From the NCBI GenBank assembly GCA_029934515.1, contig JAOZMB010000001.1, positions 1 through 62,300 of the forward strand: 62,300 nt of DNA, written 5' to 3'. The translations under genes and the position numbers were made by a program. The stretch is from Bacteroidales bacterium (GTDB lineage: Bacteria; Bacteroidota; Bacteroidia; Bacteroidales; JAADGE01). Below, piece after piece: positions 49,602-59,800 of this stretch (its first letter is position 1; every line of letters starts with the position of its first letter). The notes under the pieces are model-generated. The model was not told the origin of the DNA. It saw nothing but the letters and a program-made list of their open reading frames with translations, and did not search any database.

Positions 49602-50255
49602 TTATTTATCAAATTTAAATTTAACTTCATCGAATAATTTTTGTTTAAAAATTTGATTAAATTTATTTATACTATTCTTCTTAAAATTATAGAAAGGCGA
49701 CAGCAGTTCGTATAGCTTGTCATTATTCAATTTATCTATTCTTTTTGATTTTATACCGTTGTAAATTTTCACAAGAAAAATAAATTTCTTATAATCATGC
49801 TCTTTCAATTGACGAAAAACTGTTACTATAATTTTCATCAAACGGTCTCTTTCTATATATGAAAATTCATTATCAGATATACCAATTGCGGATAATTTTT
49901 TTGTATAAACATTAAGTTGTTTTGTGTAACTTACGAGTTGTTTTTTATATTCCCATGTTTTATATATGCATGATGTTTTAAAGAAACTTGATGTTGCTTT
50001 TTCGTTTCTGTAATTAAAATTGTCAGATAATATTTTTTCTGCAAAATACTCAAAAGAGAGCCAAAGTATTGTTTTAAGGTTACCTGTTTCAAATCCACTA
50101 CCGTAAGTTTTTATGATTATCTGCTTAAAAATTTCAATTTCTAATTTTCCTTTACTGTCTTCCAACAAACATATTATTTCAAAACTTTCATTTTTCTTTC
50201 CAGATAAAATCAAATCTATAGATTTTCGCCATGTATTATTTATTTCTTTTTTCAT
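49602..50255 (-). CDS. hypothetical protein (217 aa)
   Basis: ORF only, first gene of the minus-strand block. No convincing motif. Confidence 0.4.
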   Translation of the reverse strand: MKKEINNTWRKSIDLILSGKKNESFEIICLLEDSKGKLEIEIFKQIIIKTYGSGFETGNLKTILWLSFEYFAEKILSDNFNYRNEKATSSFFKTSCIYKTWEYKKQLVSYTKQLNVYTKKLSAIGISDNEFSYIERDRLMKIIVTVFRQLKEHDYKKFIFLVKIYNGIKSKRIDKLNNDKLYELLSPFYNFKKNSINKFNQIFKQKLFDEVKFKFDK

Positions 50256-50485
50256 ATTATTTATTGTGACTTTATTGTTTTTTTATAATAATCACACAAT
50301 TGACAATCATCTTATTAAAATAAATTGTCAAAAATAGTAAACTTTTCTTTACAAAAAAAACTAATCTATATTTTATAACTACTATAATTTGTGTTTGACC
50401 TATTTTCTATTGCTCGATAAAAGGAACACAGATTTTTGACATTATTTATTAAAGTATGTTTGCTATAAATACAATACAAAAAAGA

Positions 50486-50598
50486 CGAAAAAGTGAAAAA
50501 AAACGGAAAAATATTTTTTTTTTAATTTTTAATAAATTGGTTTTCAATTGTTTACAAACAAAAAAAAATAAAAAAAAGTTTTTTTTTTCACTTTTTCG
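50486..50598. repeat. inverted repeat CGAAAAAGTGAAAAAAAAC / GTTTTTTTTTTCACTTTTTCG flanking a 73-bp A/T-rich segment in the divergent intergenic region upstream of the giant gene
   Basis: Left arm 50486-50504, right arm 50578-50598. Eighteen consecutive complementary positions, after which the A/T runs differ in length. Confidence 0.6.
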
Positions 50599-50730
50599 GT
50601 ATTTCAGGATTGTATATAAGTAAGGCTGGTTGTTTTAAACAAAGATACTGTTTTTGTTTATTGTGCAAGTTACAATAATGAATACAAAAAAGAGTAATTT
50701 GTGTAAAAAATAGTCCATTCATACACTATT

Positions 50731-50763
50731 TTTGCAAAAAACAATGAACTATACATAAATTTG
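50731..50763 (+). promoter_or_regulatory. candidate Bacteroidota sigma-A promoter of the giant surface-protein gene (TTTG-21 nt-TAAATTTG)
   Basis: TTTG at 50731-50734, a 21-nt spacer, then TAAATTTG at 50756-50763. This fits the published Bacteroides -33/-7 consensus TTTG-N19-21-TAnnTTTG. It lies 52 nt upstream of the ATG at 50815. Confidence 0.45.
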
Positions 50764-50814
50764 TCTTGTAAAAATAAAAGTTATAACTAACCACTAATAA
50801 CTAACAATTCTATT

Positions 50815-53800
50815 ATGAAAAAATTTACTATTAAAATTCGTTTAAATTTAGGGTTTATAAAAAACTTGAAATTAAGTATTGCTGTTGTTTTTTTACTATT
50901 TAGTTTACAGCTTACGGCACAAGAAAAAAAAATGAAAGTTACACAACTCGGCTCGGACGAAATAACGGAAACAACACTTGTGGAAAGTATAATAGGATGT
51001 AAAAAGGATATGGATATTCAAAATGTCAAATTTACAGGCTCAAGAGCAGCAGCAGGAGTATTTAGCTACAGTGGAGATGGACTTGGTATTAAAAAAGGAA
51101 TTATTTTAAGCAATGGATATGTTAATAAAGCAGATCAATCACAGGGAGGTCATCCAGCTTCTTCTGATCTTAATCTTCATGGCGATGAAGACTTGAATCA
51201 GTATTATTCTGAAGATGAATCTACTAAAGATGCAACAGTTCTTGAATTTGATTTTATACCTACAACTGATTCAATTACTATTTCATTTATATATGCTTCA
51301 GAAGAATACGGAAGTAATCAAGGTTTAAGTGATGCTTTTGCAATATTCCTTAATGGTAATGAAAAGATTAATAATGTAGCATTTATTAATGAGATGGAGG
51401 GAGAAAAAGTTATTTCAAATACTACAATAAACAGCAGTATAAACCAAAATTATTACAATACAAATAATGGTGAAATTGACTTTGTATATGACGGTTATAC
51501 AAAATTAATAACAATTACTTTTGCTGTAAAAAAAGACGATACAAATCATATAAAAATTGTCATTGCTGATGGTAATGGCAAGGATCGTTCTTATGATTCT
51601 GCTGTTTTGTTAAAAGATATTACAGCTTTTGAGATTGAAAAAGATTTAACTTCTATTCCGGCTCTTCCTCATGTTTGTGAAGAAAGCGATAATATTGAAC
51701 TTACTATTGAAACTACAGGTTACGAGAACCTTGATTACCAATGGTATAAAGACGGTAATCAAATAATAGGAGCAACCTCATCAATATTAACAATTAGTAG
51801 AGAAATAGAAAATTCTGGATTTTACAAGTGTATGGTTTCAAGCTGTCGTGATGATAAATACAGTAATGATATTGAGGTAAAAATAGATAAACTTATTGAA
51901 GCCAATGCCGGAGATAATGATATAAATTGCGGAATAAAATATCAATTTTCAGGAAATAATCCTATTCAGGGTTATGGTGAATGGTCAAGTACAACTGCCG
52001 GTTTAACTTTTGATAATCTTTCATTGTATAATACGAGTGTTTTAAATCTACCGAACTTTCAAAATAATGTATATAACAAAGATTTTACTTTTATTTGGAC
52101 AATTACAAATGGTAAGTGCAAAGATTCTGACAGCATGATTTTAACTCGTTACAAAAAAATTAATGCTAATGCAGGTGACAGTACTGCTGGTATTTGTGCA
52201 AACGAATATCAATTTAATGGAAAAGAACACGATGCAGGTTCAGGTATTTGGACTTATGATGCGCTTAACAATTTAACTTTCGATAATATTTCATTACATA
52301 ATGCTACAGTTTCAGGTTTGCCAGATGATGAGTTTACCGCAAATTTTACATGGACAATTACAAACGGTCCATGTGAATCTTCTGATAATATGTTACTCAC
52401 AAGATACAAAGGCGTAACAGCCAATGCAGGTGACGATGCTCAAGTTTGCGATTCTGTTTATCAATTATCTGGAAACACACCAGAAACGGGATACGGAATA
52501 TGGACAACGAACGATAAGGAAATTATTTTTGATAATTCAAACTTGAACACAGCAACAGTTTCAAACCTTACCAATAATGATTATGTGAACTATATTGATT
52601 TTACGTGGACTGTAATAAACGGTGATTGTGAAAGTTCGGACACAATGACACTAACACGTTACAAAGTTATTGAAGCAGATGCTGGAGACGATGAAGATAT
52701 TTGCGGTACAATTTATACATTGAACGGAAACAACCCAGCACCTGGAACAGGAATTTGGACAACAAACACAAGCAATAGCGTAAGTTTTGACAACCTAACA
52801 AGTACAAGTGCAACTGCTTCTGGCATGGTAATAGATGATTGGGAAAGGGATTTTACTTTTACGTGGACGGTTACAAACGGACTCTGCGAAGACTCTGATA
52901 ATATGATTTTAACATGCCACAGAAATGTCGATGCAGATGCAGGAGACGATGCTGAGATTTGCAATAATTCAAGTTATCAATTATCAGCAAATACGCCCGA
53001 ACATGGAATCGGAACTTGGACAAGTAGCGATGCTGAAATTATATTTGATAATTCAAATTTAAATACTGCCGTAGCTTCAAACCTAACAAGTGGAAATGAT
53101 ATAAATAATATAACTTTTACGTGGACAATAGAATACGGAGGCTGTATAAATTCCAATACAATAAATTTAACACGTTATGAAATAATTCAAGCAACAGCTG
53201 GCGAAGATGATGGAGTTTGTGATTCAGATGAATATACATTTTCACAGGCAAACGATCCATCACCTGGCTATGGTGTTTGGACAAGTAACAGAAGCGGTCT
53301 AACATTTACTTATGCCTCAATGCACAATGCTTTAGTTTCGGGTTTCCCAAAAACTAATGGAACAGAAACTAAATTTACTTGGACAATTAAAAACGGTGTT
53401 TGTACTGATTCCGATGAAATGATTTTAACATCTTACGAAACAGTTGGCTCGCAGGTTATTGGTGACGATTATATTTTATGTAATTATAGTTGGTGTTATT
53501 TACGTGCCGATGACCCTTATCCTGGTAATGGATACTGGACAAGTGAACCATCTGGTATTACGTTTAACGCACCAAATAATTTTAAAACTATAGCTAATGG
53601 TTTACCAGAAGGCAATATTACTTTCACTTGGAATGTCCAAAACGGTGTTTGCGACCTTTATCAAGATAATATTATTATTACAAGATATGACCCTTATGCT
53701 GATGCTGGTGGACCTGATGATGTTTCGAATGATACAGAACATAATTTAATTGGAAATGAGCCAGAAAATAATCAAACAGGAAAATGGACTATTGCTTACG

Positions 53801-56800
53801 GACTGGATACTGTTTCAGGTGTTACATTCGATGACAACAGTTCTGCAAATACTTGGGCGCGTAATATTCCTAACGGAATACATACTTTTACTTGGACAAT
53901 TACCGAAGGTCCATGTAAAGAATCGGATAATATTCTTGTTGGTAAATATGTATCAATAAATACTGCTGTTACTGCTGTTAATAATCAGGATTGCAGTTCT
54001 AATATCATTGTTGAAAGTTCTGCACATTTTCGTCAACTTGAGTCTGTTTTATTAATTCAGATGCAGGGAGCAGAAATAGATAATACAAATAGTATAAACT
54101 ACGGAGATATTACAAACTATTACAATGCCGGTAATTATGAATTTCTTTATATCCCGCTTGGAGGTATTTCTGGAAACACTATAACTTTCAATAAATCAAT
54201 AAAAAACAATTACGATATTTCTGGAAATGTTCAGTTAATCAGAGTTTATCCGTTTGAAGATGTAGTTTTTTCAGATTCCGATATTGATGCTCCAGCTTGG
54301 GATGGTTCCACTGGCGGCGTACTTGCAATTAGTGCATTTGATACAATCACATTAAATGGAATTGATATAACAGCCGATGGAAAAGGTTTTAGAGGTGGTG
54401 TTGCTTCAACTATGAATCAAACAAGTTTTAACGATTATTTTTCTTTATTTAGTGATAATAATGCTGCCAGAAAAGGCGAAGGAATAGCTGGAACTTTTGC
54501 AGAAACAGAATACGAATGCGCCGCAGGAAAAAATGCCAACGGTGGAGGCGGAGGAAATGCTGGAAACAACGGCGGAGGAGGAGGAGGAAACGATGTATCT
54601 GGTGGCAATGGAGGTCTCGGCTCTGTTTTGGCGGCAATAGGAGGCAACGGATTGGAATATAATAATACTGATAATAAAATCTTTCTCGGAGGAGGAGGAG
54701 GAGCTGGATATAACGGAACATCAGGAGGTGCCGGAGGTGGAATTATAATTATGAGTAGTGGCTCAACAATCGAAGGAGGAGGAAATAAAATATCTGCAAA
54801 AGGAGAAAATGCTGAAAATACAAGCAACGGTGCAGGCGGCGGTGGCGCAGGTGGAACAATATTAATAAATACAACAACAATTGACAGTCTATCCACAGAA
54901 ATGCAAGGCGGTAACGGAGGCACAGGAAACGCAGGCGGTGGTGGCGGTGCAGGAGGAACTTTATGGTATTCAAATGCATTTCCTACAAATAATACAAATA
55001 CAGGAGGAACGGCAGACGGTTCAGGTGGCGCACAAAATGGAACAAATGGAACAGAAATAGACGGGTTAAATTTGGTTTTTAATGATTTAATGTCGGTAAA
55101 AATAACGCAACATCCAGAAGATTCTACAATTTGTGAAGGTGACAACGCAAGTTTTACAATTGATGCTGAATGTGAAAATTCTTTTCAGTGGCAGATATGC
55201 GAAGTAATTCAAGGATATTTTACTGATATCAGTGATAATGATATTTACTCAGGTACAGATACCAAGACTTTAACAATCACAAAGCCACTGCTGAGAATGA
55301 ACGGTTATGCATATCGTTGTGTTGCAACTCGCAGTAGTAACGGACATTATGCAGAAAGCAATTATGCAATTCTTAGAATAGATAAATTTATAGAAGCTGT
55401 AGCTGGTGAGGATAATGCTGTTTGTGCAGATGAATATCAATTTTCGGCTGAAATTCCAGAAGAAGGATACGGATTTTGGAGTAGCACAACAGACCCAGAT
55501 ATTGAATACAGTTCAAGTACTTACAATGCAACAGCTTCAAACCTAACTAGCGGAGGTGATGATTATATAAATATTATAAATTTTATATGGACAACCAGAA
55601 ACGGTGTTTGTACCGATACCGATGAAATGGTTTTAACTCGTTATGATGTAATTACAGCCGATGCTGGTGATGATAAAGAAATTTGCGATGCTGTAACTTA
55701 TCAGCTCTCCGGAAGCGACCCTTTGATAGGACAAGGTCTATGGACAGCTGTTAAAACTTATATTGATTTTAATGAAGAAAATGATAACAATGCAATAGTA
55801 TCTGGTTTAGTGGAAGATTATCCTGAAAAAAATTATATTCTTAAATGGACTGTTACAAACGGACTTTGTGTAGATTACGATGAAATGACTTTAACACGTT
55901 ACGAAACAATTACAGCAAATGCAAGCGAAGATGATGCTATTTGTGATACAACAATATATCAATTCTCTGCAATAGAACCGCGTGCAGGATATGGAACATG
56001 GACAACAACACAAAATAATATAAGTTATGATAATTCAAGTATTTATAATGCAACAGTTTCTGGTTTGCCAGAGATATATCCAAGTAACGAAACGATTTTT
56101 ACATGGACAACGCGTAATGGTGTTTGCACAGATAACGATGAAATAATTTTAAAACGTTACGAAACAATACAAGCTGATGCTGGAGGTAATGCTGAAGTTT
56201 GTGATTTAACAAATTATACATTAAACGCAGAAACTCCCGAACACGGTTCAGGAATGTGGACAGCAACAGAAAGTTACATAAATTTTGATAATCCTTCTTT
56301 GACAAATGCAACTGTTCAAGATTTATCGGATATTTTTTGGGAAAAAGATTTTAATTTAAAATGGACTGTTACAAATGGTGTGTGCAGTCATACTGATGAA
56401 ATGATTTTAACAAGGTACGAAACAGTTGATGCCAATGCTGGAGATAATGAAAATATTTGTAATAACACAACTTATGTCCTCGAAGGAAATGAACCCGTTT
56501 GCGGAAGCGGTATGTGGACAAGTGAACCAGGAATAACTTTTGATAACTCAAGTATTTATAATACAACTGCTTCAAATTTACCAGACGAAGAATTAATTAA
56601 TGAAGCAGCATTTGAATGGACAATTACAAACGGAGCATGTATTAGCTCAAGTACAATGATTCTCACACGTTACGAAAAAGTTAATGCTAAAGCCGGTAAC
56701 GATACTTCAATTTGTGATTTTACAGAATATCAATTATCTGCAACAGAGCCAGAAGCAGGCTACGGAACATGGACAACAGATTACAATTATATAACTTTTG

Positions 56801-59800
56801 ATAATAACTCAAGCCAACATACTTCAAATATTCCAGGAGCAATAGCTTCAAATTTAACAAACGGAGAGTCAATAAATAATATTATTATTACTTTTACATG
56901 GACAGTAACAAACGGGGCATGTATAGATTCTGAAGATATGATTTTAACTCGTAATGAAACTATCCTTGCCGATGCTGGAGAAGATGAATCGATTTGCGAT
57001 AGTACATATTATGAATTAAATGGGAACTACGGTAATGGGGTATGGACAAGTCCGAATGCAGATATTACATTTGACTATCCGAACTGGTACCAAGCTGTTG
57101 CTAACAATTTACCCGAAGGAAGCACAGATTTAATCTGGACAATCACAAACGGTGCTTGCGTAAATTCCAACACAACTGTAATAACAAGAGACATAACAAT
57201 AGAAGCTGATGCTGGAGGTCCAGATGAAATTTCAGGTGCAGAAATTTATAATTTAAACGGAAATACACCAGAACCTGGAACAGGATTATGGACGGCTTCA
57301 AATACATCAGTTGAAATTGCAACACCAAGTTTATATACAACTGTTGCAAGTAAAATTCCGCTTGGAATTAGTACACTTACATGGACGATAACAAATGGAG
57401 CATGTATTTCTTCTGACGATGTACTTATTGGAAGTTTTGATGTTGTTGATGCAGTTGTCAGCAATATTCAGTGTAATCATCTTACAGTTGACAATCTCTT
57501 TAATATTTCAGTAGAAGGTAATATACTTGGAGAATTTGAAGTAGGTGACCGTGTTTTATTAATTCAGATGAAAGGAGCCGAATTTGACACAACAAATACA
57601 AGCAATTACGGAAATATTACAAATGATAATCATGCTGGTAATTATGAATTTTTGGATATTACTGCTATTTCGGGAAACGATATTTATTTTGCTAAGGAGT
57701 TTGCAAAAGATTATGATGATATTCTTGGAAGTGTACAGTTGATAAAAGTTTTTGGATTCGATGATGTAAGATTCTCGGATAAAACAATTCAACCGCCAGA
57801 GTGGAATGGTTCAAAAGGTGGAGTTGTCGTAATTGAAGCTAATGGAACGGTTGAATTAAATATTGGAATAAATGCAGATGCAAAAGGTTTTAGAGGTGGT
57901 AAACATGAAATTATGACCTATTCAACCGATTTTAGTGGTTATTTCTCATCATTAGAGAACAGTACAGCAGCCATAAAAGGTGAAGGTATAACATATGATT
58001 TAGACAGAACAGACTACGAGTGTGCCGCAGGTAAAAATGTAAATGGAGGTGGAGGAGGAAATGCTGGAAACAATGGAGGTGCAGGAGGAGGAAATGCTGG
58101 AAACGGAGGAAACGGAGGAAGTTCTTTTTTAGCTGCAATAGGTGGAATTGAATTAACATATAACAATGAAGATAATAAAATTTTCTTGGGAGGTGCAGGA
58201 GGTGCAGGTCATAGCGACAACGTGAATGGAACAGATGGTGCAAACGGTGGAGGAATTGTAATTATACGTGCAAATGAAATTATTGGAATTAGCGAAATAG
58301 GAAGCACTATTTCAGCAAAAGGCGAAAATGCTGGAAATGCAAACGGAAACGGTGCAGGAGGAGGTGCAGGAGGTACTGTTTTATTAGAAGTAAATACAAT
58401 TTCGGATATATTAGTAAATGTCCCTGGCGGAAACGGAGGCTCGGCTACAGGAACGGCTGGTGCTGGTGGTGGAGGTGGTGGAGGTGCGGTTTGGTATTCA
58501 ACGGTATCACCTACAAATATTATAAATTCAATGGGAACGGCAGGAACAGATGAAAATCCTTCTATTGCTGTTCAAAACGGTACAAATGGAACAATTATTG
58601 ACAATTTGAATACGGTTCAGTGTTTTACTGATTTTTTATTAATAGAAGAACAACCGCATGATACTACAATTTGTCAAGGAAACAGTGCAGCTTTTGATAT
58701 TGTTGCATCATGTTACGACAGGTTAATTTGGCAGGTAAAAGAAAACGAATACTCCGGCTTTCGTAATATAGAAGAATATGAAGCTTTTTACAGCGGAATG
58801 ACAAGTGATACTTTAACAATAACAACGCCAGAATTATATATGAACGCTTATCAGTATCGCTGTATTGCATACAATATAGGTATTGAAAACGGAGAAGAAA
58901 TAAGCGATACAGTTTTGCTAAATATTGATAACGGTATTAATGTAAATGCTGGAGATGATTCTTTTATTTGTGATACTAAAGAATATCAATTCTCGGCTGA
59001 CCCGCCACTGTATGGATACGGATACTGGACGACAACAGATGAAAGTATAACTTTTGATAACAGAAGCTCTTATGATGCAACAGCTTCAAATCTTACTTCT
59101 GGAAATACAGAAAACGAAATGATTTTTACATGGACAGTTAGTAACGGGGTTTGTCGAGGTTCAGATACAATGACTATAAGACGTTATGAAACAATTATTG
59201 CAAGTGCCGGAGAAGATGCGAAAATTTGTGATAACACAAGATTTCAGCTTAACGGAAATGACTCTTTGTCTTTAGGACGTTGGGAAAATAATACAGATGT
59301 TGTCTTTGACAATGCAAGTAACACAACTTATGTAACTCTGCCAACAGACGATTTGGAAAAAGATTTTATTTTTACATGGACAATTATAAATGGTGAGTGT
59401 TCACATTCAGATGAAATGATTTTAACACGTTACGAAACTGTTGAAGCAGATGCCGGCAGCGATAATAAAATTTGCGATGACGATGAGTATCAATTATCAG
59501 CAAACGCGCCAGCACTTGGCTACGGAACTTGGACAAACCAAAACGGAGGAATTATTTTTGATAATTCAAATTTAAACACAGCAACAGCTACTAATTTAAC
59601 GCCAGATGTTTGGGAAAAAGATTATAATTTTATCTGGACAATTACAAATGGCGTATGTATTCATTCAAATACAATGCTTCTTACACGTTACGAAACTGTT
59701 GAGGCGTATGCCAGCGATGACGATGAAATTTGTGAACTATATCAATATACACTCAACGGAAACGAACCAGATTACGGAACAGGACTGTGGACAGAAATAA

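Noticed and set aside
49602-50255. The 217 aa protein upstream of the anti-sigma-like gene, considered as a divergent ECF sigma factor.
   Set aside because: I could not find region 2 (DNA-melting) or region 4 helix-turn-helix signatures by eye, and gene order alone is not enough. It is left as hypothetical. A sensitive HMM search could revisit this.
54435-55145. A 236 aa proline-rich minus-strand ORF (PPPPPAF...) and its neighbours at 54449-54721 and 54749-54979.
   Set aside because: It is the antisense shadow of the GGN-rich Gly module of the giant plus-strand gene (GGN reads as NCC = Pro). It has no independent start context and lies entirely inside a strongly supported CDS.
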